The notes under the pieces are model-generated. The model was not told the origin of the DNA, searched no databases, and saw only the letters and a program-made list of their open reading frames with translations. Below, one piece after another: positions 28,418 through 38,934 of a DNA stretch of 64,000 nucleotides. Position 1 is the first letter of the stretch. The number at the start of each line of letters is the position of its first letter. The translations under genes were made by a program, and so were the position numbers. The stretch lies in NCBI GenBank assembly GCA_963675295.2, contig CAXXKJ010000002.1, forward strand, positions 3,936,001 through 4,000,000, written 5' to 3'. This DNA comes from a bacterium. Its GTDB lineage: Bacteria > Electryoneota > Electryoneia > Electryoneales > Electryoneaceae.

Positions 28418-29537
28418 ATGGTTTCGGAAGTTGAAGCCCGCGAAAGCTGGGAAGAGATAAAGCGCAAGACCTCGCAGCTGCGGGGGTATCTTTGACCTTC
28501 CTTCCCACCGGGAAAAGCTGGCTGTATTGGACAAGAAGGCGACGGAAGAAGGATTCTGGGACGATCAGGAACGTGCGCAGAAAATCCTGAAGGAAGCGTC
28601 CACGCATCGGAAGTTGATCGAGGATTACGACTCGCTGGTGCAGGAGGTCGAGGACTTCGAGGTGTACCTCGAGTTGTTTGAGGACAGCCCGGAGGAGGCG
28701 TCCAGGGCGTTGCGCAAGCTGGAACGCCGTGTCGACGAGATGGAACTGGCGAAGATGCTGTCCGGTCAGGACGACGACAAGGACTGCATCATCACGATCA
28801 AGCCGGGCGCTGGCGGGACAGAGTCGCAGGACTGGGCGCAGATGCTGTTCCGGATGTACACGCGCTACCTCGAGCGGATGGAGTACAAGTTCAATGTGAT
28901 CGACTTGCAGCCCGGTACGGAAGCCGGGATCAAGGAAGCCTCGATTGAAGTCAGTGGCGATCATCCGTTCGGGTATCTGAAAGCGGAGACGGGCGTGCAC
29001 CGGCTGGTACGCATCAGTCCATTCGACTCGAACGCCCGGCGGCACACCAGCTTCGCGTCGGTGTTTGTGTTGCCGGACGCGCAGGATGTAGTCGAGATCG
29101 AGATCGACGAAAAGGACATTCGGATTGACACGTTCCGTTCGTCCGGCGCTGGCGGGCAGCATGTCAACAAGACCGACTCCGCGATCCGGATCACTCACTT
29201 CCCGACGAACATCGTGGTCAGCTGCCAGAACGAGCGCAGCCAGCACAAGAACCGTGATGCGGCGATGAAGATGCTCAAGGCGCGGCTGTATCAGCGTCAC
29301 CTCGAGGAAGAGGCGAAGAAGCGTGCCGAGATCGAGGAAACGAAAGGCGACATCGGCTGGGGCAACCAGATCCGGTCGTATGTCTTCCACCCGTACAAGA
29401 TGGTCAAGGACCTGCGGACCGGGGTCGAAACCAGCAACATCGACCAGGTGATGGACGGCGACATTCATGAGTTCATCACCGAGTTCCTGCTCGGCCGCAA
29501 ACGTGTCAAGCACGGCGGCCAGGCCGAGGAGGACTGA
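28418..29537 (+). CDS. prfB: Peptide chain release factor 2 with programmed +1 frameshift
   Basis: ORF0 MVSEVEAR...LRGYL ends in CTT TGA C (28490-28496) after an internal SD-like GGGGG; +1 frame carries SPF and GGQ. Confidence 0.97.
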
Positions 29538-29543
29538 CGGTAG

Positions 29544-29655
29544 CCGGTTGTCGGAATGTCGGTGATCGGCAAGTCGGTTGTCGGAAGGTCGGTGGTCGGT
29601 GATCGGTAAGTCGGTGATCCGTAAGTCGGTAATCGGTAATCGGTATTCGGTTGGT
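29544..29655. repeat. Degenerate 7-8 bp tandem repeat (TCGGTnA-like) after the prfB stop
   Basis: gtcggtgatcggcaagtcggttgtcggaaggtcggtggtcggtgatcggtaagtcggtgatccgtaagtcggtaatcggtaatcggtattcgg. Confidence 0.85.
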
Positions 29656-29813
29656 CACCGCGTAGCGGTGAAAGGTGGTTAGCGTGTGGCTTCAGCCACA
29701 CGAAGGCGGCCCCAACACAAAGACCGTCCTGTAGGGACGGCGCCCATCGCCATGATACCCGACATGGCAACAACACCATGTCGGGACACGCAGCTTATAG
29801 CCTGGAGTAACCC

Positions 29814-30299
29814 ATGGACGCGAAAGACCTGCTCGCGATGTTCGGCGCGACGGAATACACGTTCACCGAGAACAGCAGCGATGTGACGCACGAGATGTCG
29901 TTGATCCCCTCCGCGGAGGGCGGCAGCTCGATCAATTTTCTCGTCGGGCACGCGTTGCGTTCGCGGCAACGGGTGCTTGAGCAGTTTGGCGCGGAAGTGG
30001 TGATCCCCAGCGACGATCTGCCGCAATATGTCAAGGGCGATGATTTCAGCCCGGAGAAGGCGTTACCGTTGGACGAGCTGACCGCGATGATGCACGAGAG
30101 TTTCAGCCGGATGAAGCGCGCGTTTGTCAAGGCGTCCCAGGAGAGTCTGGACGAGGAGCTACCCGACCCGTTCCTCGGGCAGAAGGTGACCCGTGGACGG
30201 ATGGCCGGCCTGTTCAGTTTCCACGAGGCGTACCACATGGGGCAGGTCGGCATGATGCGGCGGTTGGTTGGTCTGGTGGGGAAGATTCAGGCGAAGTAA
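29814..30299 (+). CDS. DinB/YfiT-family protein
   Basis: SINFLVGH and HEAYHMGQV. Confidence 0.85.
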   Translation: MDAKDLLAMFGATEYTFTENSSDVTHEMSLIPSAEGGSSINFLVGHALRSRQRVLEQFGAEVVIPSDDLPQYVKGDDFSPEKALPLDELTAMMHESFSRMKRAFVKASQESLDEELPDPFLGQKVTRGRMAGLFSFHEAYHMGQVGMMRRLVGLVGKIQAK

Positions 30300-30345
30300 T
30301 CAGAGAGACGGCGCAGCTGCTTGCCCAGGTTTTCCAACTAGTTGC

Positions 30346-31632
30346 TCATACAACCGGGGACACTTTGGGGACAAAGTGTCCCCGGTTGTGTTTCCCCAGT
30401 TGTATTTCCGCTATCAGGTCCGTTTGCATCTCAGGCACAATGCTCGAGTTCTCGGATTTACCTCCACTACCCCGATCAGAAAACAGAGAACCCGACGCGG
30501 ACCTGTGAGGTGCGCACTCGTTCCTTGTAGTATCCACCGAATCAGCCACCCGCCAGCGTTCGTAGTTGAACCACGAGAACGCGGTGTGTACCGCGAACGT
30601 ATTCCCGCCCGCGCTGACGCCGAGTGTCCATTCGCCGGACGAGATGGAGGACCCGTCGTTCTGATTCACCTGCAGCAGCGTCTTCCACGCCCACCCACCA
30701 CGAACCGCGATGAATGCGGGCCCGTTTTCCAGTCGTTTCTCCGCACCGAGCCGGTACTCAGTGATGTCCCCGGCGGCGCTGAGGTCGTATTGAACCGGGT
30801 CCAGCGAGCCGCCGCCCGGACTGGATGGTTGATCCTCGTCGGTCGCGGTGACGCCGTTGAAGAAGTAGTGTTCGATATCGCCGGCGAGGGTGAATCCGGC
30901 CCAGGTCGCGGCGATGCCGGCACCGGCGGTGCCGGGTTGGTCGTTGATCAGGCGGGGACGTCGTGTCGGCCCCCAGACTCGTCCGACGAGACCGGAGGTG
31001 ACGGTCACCGGGCCGAACAGGTCAGGTAGCCGCAAGGTCACGCCGCCGGTGTAGTACGTCCCGAAGTTGCCGAAATTGACCGACAGGCCAATGTTCAGCG
31101 GATCCAGCGGAGTCAGCGCGAACCCGAAGCCGAGGTAGATCGTGTTAAACTCCTGCTCGCCGTCGTAGAAGTCCTCCTCGAACGGATCGTGCACACTGAC
31201 GCCCCACGCGAACCGGAGCGTGTCCAGACTCTGCACTGCCGACAGCTGCCCACCGCTCCAGGCGTCGTCGTCCGGCTCGTACCCTTTCACCGTTCCGAGC
31301 ACATCGTTAGCTTGAAAGCCGGTCAACGGCGGATGGTCGAGGATGTCATACTGCTTGCCCAAACCGCCTAAGGCGAAGAAGAACTGGTTGTCGGTCACAG
31401 CTCGGAGGCAGGCAGGGTTGTTCCAGACCGCCGCGGCGTCGTTTGCTGCCGCGATCTGTGCGCCACCCATGCCGAGTGAACGGACGCCGACGGCGACGAT
31501 CTGCATCCGGTTGCGGGGTTCGTGCGGATCGACGTTTTCTGACCAGAAATTTGATGCCAGAGAGTACGATGGAGATAACAGAAGAAGTGTGAATCCAGCA
31601 AAGATCAGCGTGAATAGTCGTCGCATCGGCAT
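30346..31632 (-). CDS. FadL/PorV-like outer membrane beta-barrel protein
   Basis: Signal peptide; GVRSLGMGGAQIAAANDAAAVWNNPACL N-terminal motif; amphipathic strands. Confidence 0.75.
   Translation of the reverse strand: MPMRRLFTLIFAGFTLLLLSPSYSLASNFWSENVDPHEPRNRMQIVAVGVRSLGMGGAQIAAANDAAAVWNNPACLRAVTDNQFFFALGGLGKQYDILDHPPLTGFQANDVLGTVKGYEPDDDAWSGGQLSAVQSLDTLRFAWGVSVHDPFEEDFYDGEQEFNTIYLGFGFALTPLDPLNIGLSVNFGNFGTYYTGGVTLRLPDLFGPVTVTSGLVGRVWGPTRRPRLINDQPGTAGAGIAATWAGFTLAGDIEHYFFNGVTATDEDQPSSPGGGSLDPVQYDLSAAGDITEYRLGAEKRLENGPAFIAVRGGWAWKTLLQVNQNDGSSISSGEWTLGVSAGGNTFAVHTAFSWFNYERWRVADSVDTTRNECAPHRSASGSLFSDRGSGGKSENSSIVPEMQTDLIAEIQLGKHNRGHFVPKVSPVV
30350..30389. repeat. REP-like palindrome family D
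   Basis: Core ggggacactttg-ggga-caaagtgtcccc identical at 30356, 49341 and 51838. Confidence 0.9.
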
Positions 31633-31800
31633 CTGGTTGCTACCCCCCGGTTCAACCTCGTTGATAGTAACTTGCGCTTGCAGATAACGTGATGCAACCG
31701 ATTCGGGCTATAAACCACATATTTGTATAGGGTTGAGCACAATCGGAGGCAGCCGCTTCGTGGCAACTGCCTCCATTTCAAAGCTCTGGATGCATGCGGG

Positions 31801-32379
31801 CTACACCAGCAGGATCACGTCCACGGCTTGCGGCCCATGCACACCGAGCACAAGCTCCTTTTCGATGTCGGCGGTGCGGCTGGGTCCGGTGACGAACACG
31901 GCGGAGCCGTTCGTGTCCCCCACCTCCTGCCAGCGACGCATCAGCGCCTCGATGTCCGGCACGACCTGGTCCGCACGCATGACGGCGACATGGTTCACTG
32001 GCAATAACGAGACGGCGCGTTGGTCGGGGTGACGTGGCGCGAGCAGCATCGATCCGGTTTCCTCGGCAATCCCGAGGGCAGAGCTAAGGCCGGTGTCGGC
32101 AGCGGCAAGACGTTTTGTCCACGCGTCGATCTGGCCCGGTGTGGAGTCTGCGGTGGGTGGTTCGATCAGGTCGAGGCCGTTGTCTTTGAGGGCGTCGATC
32201 AGGCAGCAGTCGGCGAGGATGGACTCGTCGGTGAAGGCCACGGATTTTGCACCGGAGTCGGTCAGGATCGTCAGGATCGTGGCAGCGGCGTTGCTGTCGT
32301 CCGGGACGAAATGCAGCTTCGAATCGACCGCCTTGAGCGCGGCTTCGAGGGTTGCGAATTGTTCGGTGGACGGACTCAT
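31801..32379 (-). CDS. lutC: Lactate utilization protein C (LUD domain)
   Basis: GIAEETGS, SLLP, TGPSRTADIE, LGVHGP. Confidence 0.9.
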   Translation of the reverse strand: MSPSTEQFATLEAALKAVDSKLHFVPDDSNAAATILTILTDSGAKSVAFTDESILADCCLIDALKDNGLDLIEPPTADSTPGQIDAWTKRLAAADTGLSSALGIAEETGSMLLAPRHPDQRAVSLLPVNHVAVMRADQVVPDIEALMRRWQEVGDTNGSAVFVTGPSRTADIEKELVLGVHGPQAVDVILLV

Positions 32380-33767
32380 TCGTCTTCCCCTTCCTTGAAC
32401 AACTCCCGGAACGGTTTCTTCGCGAACCGGGGCGCGTCCCGGTGATCGGTCCAGCCTGGGATCGGCATCTGTTTGCCGGGCCAGGCACTCTGCGCGAAGC
32501 GGGCGGCATTGGCGGCGAATTCGTACGCACGGCGTGAGCCCATCGTCTTGCTGAACACGGTCCACACCGGCTTTTCCGGGTCGGCGGACGGCCGCGACTC
32601 GACGCGCCGGTGCCGCAGCGTGAGCATCATCTTCGGCAACGGGATCGACACCGGGCAGATCTCCTCGCACGCTCCGCAGAGGCTGCTGGCGAACGGGTGG
32701 TGCGGTGCGTGGTTGACACCTTTCAGCGCCGGCGTGAGCACGATCCCGATCGGGCCGGGGTAGGTGCCGCCGTACGGGTGCCCGCCGACCTGCTGGTACA
32801 CCGGGCACGCGTTGAGGCAGGCCCCGCAACGGATGCAGCGCAGCACTTCCCGCAGCTCCGGGTCGTCGTTCAGGCTGCGGCGACCGTTGTCGACGACGAC
32901 GACGTGGACCTCGTCCGGGCCGGTGGGTCCGGGTGACGGTCCGTGCATCAGGTTGAGGTACACCGTCGAACGCTGGCCGGTGGCGGAGCGGGCGAGCATC
33001 TGCCAGAGCAACGCGAGGTCGTCCAGGTTGCGCGTGACACGCTCGTAGCCCATCACCGCGATCACGGTCTTTGGCACGGAGGATACCATCCGTCCGTTGC
33101 CCTCGTTGGTGACCGTGGCGAGGTGGCCGGTTTGAGCAACGGCGAAGTTGACGCCGATCATGCCGACCTTGGCCGCGAGGAAGCGTTCCCGCAGCACACG
33201 CCGTGCGACCTGGGTCAGCGTCGGCGGATCGTTGGTGTACTCGATGCCGAGCTTGTCGTGGAACAGTTGGCCAACGTCGTTGCGGTCGAGGTGCATCCCG
33301 GGCATGGTGATATGGCTCGGGACTTCGTGGCGCAGTTGCACGATGTATTCGCCGAGGTCGGTTTCGACGGGCTCGATGCCGTGACGCTCGAGGTAGTCGT
33401 TGATGCCGATCTCTTCCGTCAGCATCGACTTCGACTTGAGCACATTGTCCGCGCCCTTGTCACGCACGATGCCGAGGATGATGTCGTTGGCGATGGCAGA
33501 ATTTGGGGCGTGGTGAACGTTAATCCCGTTTGCCTTCCACTGTTCGGTGAGCTCGGCGTGGATCTCGTCCAGGTGGTCGAGCACGTCCTGCCGCCGTTCG
33601 ACGACGCGGTTGCGGCGATCTTCGAAGTCCGGCCATTCGGCGTAGCGGAGGTCGCGTGTCCCCACCGCCTTGCGCGTGTTCGTTTTGAACGGCGGCGGGT
33701 CACGGCGCTCTTTCAACTGCCGCTTGATCTCGGTCTTGATGTCTGCCGGAGGCGTTCCGTGGGCCAT
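32376..33767 (-). CDS. lutB: Lactate utilization Fe-S protein B
   Basis: KSKSM, ETDLGEYI, TNEGNG, CIRCGACLNACP, SLCGACEEICP. Confidence 0.93.
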   Translation of the reverse strand: MAHGTPPADIKTEIKRQLKERRDPPPFKTNTRKAVGTRDLRYAEWPDFEDRRNRVVERRQDVLDHLDEIHAELTEQWKANGINVHHAPNSAIANDIILGIVRDKGADNVLKSKSMLTEEIGINDYLERHGIEPVETDLGEYIVQLRHEVPSHITMPGMHLDRNDVGQLFHDKLGIEYTNDPPTLTQVARRVLRERFLAAKVGMIGVNFAVAQTGHLATVTNEGNGRMVSSVPKTVIAVMGYERVTRNLDDLALLWQMLARSATGQRSTVYLNLMHGPSPGPTGPDEVHVVVVDNGRRSLNDDPELREVLRCIRCGACLNACPVYQQVGGHPYGGTYPGPIGIVLTPALKGVNHAPHHPFASSLCGACEEICPVSIPLPKMMLTLRHRRVESRPSADPEKPVWTVFSKTMGSRRAYEFAANAARFAQSAWPGKQMPIPGWTDHRDAPRFAKKPFRELFKEGEDE

Positions 33768-34498
33768 CAGTTCTCCTCTCCGGCAAGAATCCGCGCGTAG
33801 TGTAGCGTTTTCACCGGCGAGTTGCGTTTGCTCAGCATCCCGCCGATGTGCATCAGGCAGGAGTCGTCGGTGGCGGTGACGGTCTGCGCGCCACTCTGTT
33901 CGATCGCCAGCAGTTTGTCTTCGCCGATCGCGGCCGATAACGCGCTGAATTTCGCAGCGAAGGTCCCGCCGAAACCGCAGCATTGTTTCCGATCCTGCAG
34001 TTCGACGAGGTCGATGCCCTGCACGTTCCGCAAGAGCGTCAGCGGCTGCAGGTCGATGCCGAGCTCACGGTAGCCGTGGCACGAGGTGTGCCAGGCAACG
34101 CGTCCGTTCCACGTTCCGCCGATGTCCGTGATCTTGAGTTCGTCCACGATAAACTGGCTCACTTCGAAGATGCGTCCGCGAAGGTGTTTCCAGTCGTCCC
34201 GGACGGACGCTGGCAGCTCCAGCTCGCCGTAATGCTTCTTCACCATCGAGAGGCACGATCCGGACGGCGCGACGACAGCCTCGGCGTCCTTGAACAGCCG
34301 GATCCAGCGTTCCGCGAGCCGGACGGTTTCCTTCTGGAAGCCGCTGTTAAAGGACGGTTGTCCGCAGCAAGTTTGCTCGCGGTTGTAGGTGACACGGCAG
34401 CCAGCGCGTTTCAGCAGTGTCGCGGTGGCGAGCCCGGTTGACGGGAACAGCTGGTCGACAAAACAGGGTATGAAGAGAGAGACAGTCGGCGCGGACAC
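33767..34498 (-). CDS. lutA: Lactate utilization protein A (CCG domain)
   Basis: LFIPCFVD, QTCCGQP, SGSC, HTSCH, CCGFGGTF; GTG start behind GAGG. Confidence 0.92.
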   Translation of the reverse strand: MSAPTVSLFIPCFVDQLFPSTGLATATLLKRAGCRVTYNREQTCCGQPSFNSGFQKETVRLAERWIRLFKDAEAVVAPSGSCLSMVKKHYGELELPASVRDDWKHLRGRIFEVSQFIVDELKITDIGGTWNGRVAWHTSCHGYRELGIDLQPLTLLRNVQGIDLVELQDRKQCCGFGGTFAAKFSALSAAIGEDKLLAIEQSGAQTVTATDDSCLMHIGGMLSKRNSPVKTLHYARILAGEEN

Positions 34499-34655
34499 GT
34501 TTCGCCTCATTGCGTGATCGGAAGCTGGTAAGGTACGAGCAAGGCGGGTCCGGGCCAAATCCCGAAGCCGGAGGGGCCGGATCTCCTCGACCTCGGCGGG
34601 CTTGGCTGCGAGCTGTATATTGGGCATCATCCACGTTGATTACATGAGAGCGGTC

Positions 34656-35678
34656 ATGCGTGTCTTGATCACCGGCGGCGCCGGATTCATCGGTTCGAAC
34701 CTCGTCCATTTTCTGCTCAGGGAGCGTCCCGACTGGGAGCTGATCAACCTGGACGCGCTGACCTACGCCGGGAACCTGGAGAATCTCGCCGGGCTGGAGG
34801 ATAATCCGCGGTACACGTTCGTCAAGGCGGACATCACGGACGTTGATGCTGTCCAGGCGATCTTCGCGGAGCACAAGCCGGACGCGGTGCTGCACCTCGC
34901 CGCCGAGTCGCATGTTGATCGTTCCATCCTCGACTCCAGCGCATTCATCCGAACCAATGTGCTCGGTACGCAGGTCTTGCTCGACGCGGCCCGTTCACTG
35001 GGCACAGACACCCGGTTCGTGCATGTCTCCACCGACGAGGTGTATGGCACGTTGGGCGCGAGCGGAAAATTTACGGAAACGACTCCGCTCGCTCCGAACA
35101 GCCCGTACTCGGCGTCGAAGGCGGGGTCGGACTGTCTCGTGCGCGCGGCGCATGAAACGTTCGGCATGAACACGGTGATCACGCGCTGCTCGAACAATTA
35201 CGGTCCGTTCCAGTTCCCGGAGAAACTGATTCCGTTGATGATCGCCAATGCCCGCGCGGACAAGGATTTGCCGGTGTATGGAGACGGGATGCAGGTACGT
35301 GACTGGCTGTACGTTGAGGATCATTGCTCGGCGTTGCTGACAGTGCTCGAAAAGGGAACAACGGGCGACGTGTACAACATCGGCGGCAACAACGAATGGC
35401 CGAATATCGAGGTGGTGCGGCTCATCCTGAAACACCTGGACAAGCCGGAAAGCCTGATTCGCTATGTGCAGGACCGTCCGGGTCATGACCGCCGCTATGC
35501 CATCGACGCGAGTATAATTCACCGTGAATTGGGCTGGAGCCCGGCGTATACGTTTGAAAAGGCATTGCCAGCCACCATCGAATGGTATCTGGAACATGAG
35601 GAATGGGTGGGGCGTGTTCAAAGTGGACGATATCAGGAATATTACGAGAATCAATACGGATCCCGGTTGTCCTCGTAG
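34656..35678 (+). CDS. rfbB: dTDP-glucose 4,6-dehydratase
   Basis: [46 protein letters not shown]. Confidence 0.96.
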   Translation: MRVLITGGAGFIGSNLVHFLLRERPDWELINLDALTYAGNLENLAGLEDNPRYTFVKADITDVDAVQAIFAEHKPDAVLHLAAESHVDRSILDSSAFIRTNVLGTQVLLDAARSLGTDTRFVHVSTDEVYGTLGASGKFTETTPLAPNSPYSASKAGSDCLVRAAHETFGMNTVITRCSNNYGPFQFPEKLIPLMIANARADKDLPVYGDGMQVRDWLYVEDHCSALLTVLEKGTTGDVYNIGGNNEWPNIEVVRLILKHLDKPESLIRYVQDRPGHDRRYAIDASIIHRELGWSPAYTFEKALPATIEWYLEHEEWVGRVQSGRYQEYYENQYGSRLSS

Positions 35679-35787
35679 AGTCCCTTTTGTGAGCAACATT
35701 GTGGCGTAATCTTCATCCAATGCTAACAGTGTAGCATAGTGATGCGGTTAGCTTAGGTATCGGTTTTGCTACGTTGGAAAGTATGGA

Positions 35788-35803
35788 TGCGATTGTTGTC
35801 ACA
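35788..35803. promoter_or_regulatory. Possible Crp-family site
   Basis: TGCGA-ttgttg-TCACA, one mismatch to TGTGA-N6-TCACA, in the AT-rich region upstream of the NYN gene. Confidence 0.35.
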
Positions 35804-36054
35804 AGCTTTTGATTTTTGGCAAATTCCACCAAAACTGTGGTGGAGCCATCAGGTACCCGGATTGTGAACAGGACAATATCTCGAGTTATATTCTGAATTA
35901 ACAAGATTCTAGCATCGTTTAGAACACAAAGAATTCATGTCCTTTTCAACACAATTTGGGAATTGAAACGGTACACTGGCGGTGAGATTCACGCGTAACG
36001 ATCGTATCTATCATCGTTTCTTTACGAAGTAAATCGAAAACACCGAAAGAGGAA

Positions 36055-37302
36055 GTGGATTTTCACATGAGCATATTTGGTCTGAAACGGAGTCGTGGTA
36101 GCTCTGAGACAGGCGGTAAGGCCGGCACCTCATGCCTGCTGATCGATTATGAGAACCTGGCCATCAGCCTGCGCGAAAAGTGTCCGGATTGCAATCTGGA
36201 TCTGGCTGCTGTTCTGGACGAAGCGAAGAAGCACTCCCCCGACGGTCGGATTGACGCGATGTACGCGTACGCGGACTGGCGTCATTTCGCCCAGCACGCA
36301 AACGCGCTCGTTCGTCTCGGGATAAAAACGGTCCAGGCCCCCAGTTTCCGGTACCAGGGCAAGAACGCGACGGACATCCAGATGGCGGTCGAAGCGACCG
36401 ATCTGTTGCATTTACACCCGGAACTGCAGGTTTTCGTCCTCGCCACCGGCGACAGCGATTTCACACCCTTGGTTCAGCTCCTGCGTTCACGCGGCAAACG
36501 TGTGATCGGCATCGGCGTCGGCGGCAGCGTCAGCAAGCACCTGACGACGGTTTGTGATGAGTTCATTCATTACGAAGAACTGGCTGGCGTCGAGCAGCCC
36601 CAGCCGGCGAAGAAGGCTTCAACGCCGATGTATCGTGAACGTGTGCTGGCGACCGATCCGGACCCGAAGAAGGTGTCCGAGGCAGTCCAGCCCTACAAGG
36701 CCAGTCAGTCGTCGACGCGGTTAAATGCGACCCCGGCGAACTCTGCCCCATCGCGGGAGAAGGTGCGAGTCAACGGAAACGGGAATGGAAATGGAAACGG
36801 CAAGCCGAATGGCAATGGCGCGCCGACGTATGCCAAACCTGCCGCTGATCTGTCGGGTCTGGAAGCGTCCCGTGAAGCGATTGGCCTCGACCCGAACCAC
36901 CTGTTGACCTCCAGCCGTCTCAAGCAGTTGCTGCCAATGGCAGCGGAAGCGTGGCATGAAGCCAAGCCGGAATATGCGCCACAGATGAAACACGCATTGA
37001 TGCGTCGATTCCCCGGTCAGATGAACCAGTTTGAGGCGCAGGTGACTGCGAGCCTGCTGGAAAAGACCAATGGCCTCGGCCAGCAGGGCTGGCTGGTGGT
37101 TGGCGGTTCGGACGGAGACCTGTTGTTCGACCTGTTGCTTCACGCCTCGCAACGCGCGTTGAGCAAGCAGGGCAGCAACGAAGCGGACGATCCGGAACGG
37201 ATCGGCCAAGTACTGTTGCACGACTCGATCGAACGGCCTGAGCTGCGGATGCGCATCGTGCGCGGAAAATCCGCCGTCCAGAGGTACTACCAGTTGAACT
37301 GA
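36055..37302 (+). CDS. NYN (LabA/DUF88, PIN-like) domain protein
   Basis: LIDYEN, AYADW, KNATDI, TGDSDF, CDEFIHY; NG-repeat linker and unrecognised C-terminal domain. Confidence 0.9.
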   Translation: MDFHMSIFGLKRSRGSSETGGKAGTSCLLIDYENLAISLREKCPDCNLDLAAVLDEAKKHSPDGRIDAMYAYADWRHFAQHANALVRLGIKTVQAPSFRYQGKNATDIQMAVEATDLLHLHPELQVFVLATGDSDFTPLVQLLRSRGKRVIGIGVGGSVSKHLTTVCDEFIHYEELAGVEQPQPAKKASTPMYRERVLATDPDPKKVSEAVQPYKASQSSTRLNATPANSAPSREKVRVNGNGNGNGNGKPNGNGAPTYAKPAADLSGLEASREAIGLDPNHLLTSSRLKQLLPMAAEAWHEAKPEYAPQMKHALMRRFPGQMNQFEAQVTASLLEKTNGLGQQGWLVVGGSDGDLLFDLLLHASQRALSKQGSNEADDPERIGQVLLHDSIERPELRMRIVRGKSAVQRYYQLN

Positions 37303-37341
37303 TCCCCGGCTTGCATTGTGAGTCGGTAAGTACGATTTTTC

Positions 37342-37370
37342 AGCCGCGGCAGGGTTGCCGCGGCTTTTTC
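37342..37370 (+). terminator. Rho-independent terminator after the NYN gene
   Basis: agccgcggca-gggt-tgccgcggct followed by a T run. Confidence 0.75.
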
Positions 37371-37385
37371 TCTCCCGGGAGACGT

Positions 37386-38081
37386 ATGACTGGCAGCAAC
37401 ACACCACGTCTCGAATTGAACGATCTCACCCTCTCCGTACCGGATGAGTCCGGGACTCGTACACTCGCTGAGCACCTTTCGTTGTCCTTGCATGCGAATC
37501 AGCTGGTGGCGGTCAACGGCCCGTCCGGGTCGGGCAAATCGACGTTGTTGCGTGCGTGTATCCGGCTGCACGAACCGGATTCCGGCACGATTTCGCTGGA
37601 CGGCGAGGCGATCACCTCGCTGCAGCCCCCGGTTTTGCGGCGGCGGATTGCGTATTTGCGGCAGTTTCCGGTGTTCACGCCGGGCACGGTGGCGGACACG
37701 TTGCTCGAACCGTTCGGCTGGAAAGTTGACGGGTCGGAAAAACCGTCAAAGCAGCGGCTGGAGAAGGGGCTGTCGGCGCTCGGACTGCCGGCGACGCTAC
37801 TGGCGCAGGAGACAGGTAAACTGTCTGGCGGAGAAGCGCAACGGGTGGCGTTGCTGCGCGCGTTCCTGGTCAAGCCGGATCTGCTGCTGCTGGATGAATC
37901 GTCCGCGAACCTTGACCCGGAGCATGAGGGAACGCTGGTACGCGAGGTCAAACGCTGGGTGAACGAGGACAACCACGCGGCGATCTGGGTAACGCACAGC
38001 CGTGGCCTGCTGCGCGAATTGGACGCGGACAACGTGCGGCTCACGCCGCAGGGCTTCGAACGCGAGGAGGACGGACAATGA
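37386..38081 (+). CDS. ABC ATPase, FetA/YbbL-like
   Basis: [22 protein letters not shown]; ATGA overlap with the permease. Confidence 0.85.
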   Translation: MTGSNTPRLELNDLTLSVPDESGTRTLAEHLSLSLHANQLVAVNGPSGSGKSTLLRACIRLHEPDSGTISLDGEAITSLQPPVLRRRIAYLRQFPVFTPGTVADTLLEPFGWKVDGSEKPSKQRLEKGLSALGLPATLLAQETGKLSGGEAQRVALLRAFLVKPDLLLLDESSANLDPEHEGTLVREVKRWVNEDNHAAIWVTHSRGLLRELDADNVRLTPQGFEREEDGQ

Positions 38082-38875
38082 ACAACACCGTCCCCTATGA
38101 ACTGAATGTGCTGCGTGTTTCGCTCGCGGCAGGGTTTGTCCTCGTCGCCGGGATTATCAGCGTACTGTACAACCTCGGCCTCGCGAAACGGCTGGCGATT
38201 TCGACGGTTCGCACCGCGTTGCAGCTTGGTCTCGCCGGAGTGGCGCTGTCATTCGTCTTCGGAATTGAGCACGTCGCGCTGGTGCTGCTGCTCGGTCTGG
38301 TGATGATCCTGCTGGCGGGCCATGAAGCACTCAACCGGCAGTCGGTGAAGTTGCGCGGGACAGCATTCGACGTGTTCCTCGCGATGACAGTGTCGGCGTT
38401 CACCGTCAGCCTGGTGGTGACCGGCGCGATCATCGGCGCGGAACCGATCTGGCGGCCGCCGGTGTTTGTCCCGATCCTCGGCATGATCCTCGGCAATTCG
38501 CTGAACGGAATTTCGCTGGCGTTGGACCGGTTTCTGACCGGCTGCGTTGACCAGCGCGCGTTGATTGAGACCCGGCTCAGCCTCGGCGCGACGGCAAAGG
38601 AAGCGGTGCAGCCGTTGGTGCGGGACGCAGTACGTACCGGCATGATCCCGATCATCAACGCGATGGCGATTGTCGGGATCGTCAGCCTGCCCGGCATGAT
38701 GACCGGCCAGCTACTCGCGGGTGCCGATCCGAAAGATGCAGTGATGTACCAGGTGGTAGTGATGTACATGCTGGCGGCGAGTACGTCGTTTGCGGCGATG
38801 ATCTCGGTACTGATGGTCCGGCGGCGGGTGTTTACCTCGAGCATGGCGCTGCGGCAGGATCTCGAGCGGTCGTGA
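38078..38875 (+). CDS. fetB: FetB/YbbM (UPF0014) ABC permease
   Basis: RTALQL, GMILGNS, LSLGAT, GIVSLPGMMTGQLLAG..P..AVMYQ. Confidence 0.88.
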   Translation: MNNTVPYELNVLRVSLAAGFVLVAGIISVLYNLGLAKRLAISTVRTALQLGLAGVALSFVFGIEHVALVLLLGLVMILLAGHEALNRQSVKLRGTAFDVFLAMTVSAFTVSLVVTGAIIGAEPIWRPPVFVPILGMILGNSLNGISLALDRFLTGCVDQRALIETRLSLGATAKEAVQPLVRDAVRTGMIPIINAMAIVGIVSLPGMMTGQLLAGADPKDAVMYQVVVMYMLAASTSFAAMISVLMVRRRVFTSSMALRQDLERS

Positions 38876-38934
38876 ACGAGAATACCCGGCTCCATTCAGG
38901 AACCGGGCTGTTTGATTCACTCACGTAGTACGGT

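Noticed and set aside
35815-35860. c-di-GMP-I riboswitch (ggcaaa...)
   Set aside because: Lacks the GAAA tetraloop and the GCAAAG/receptor elements.
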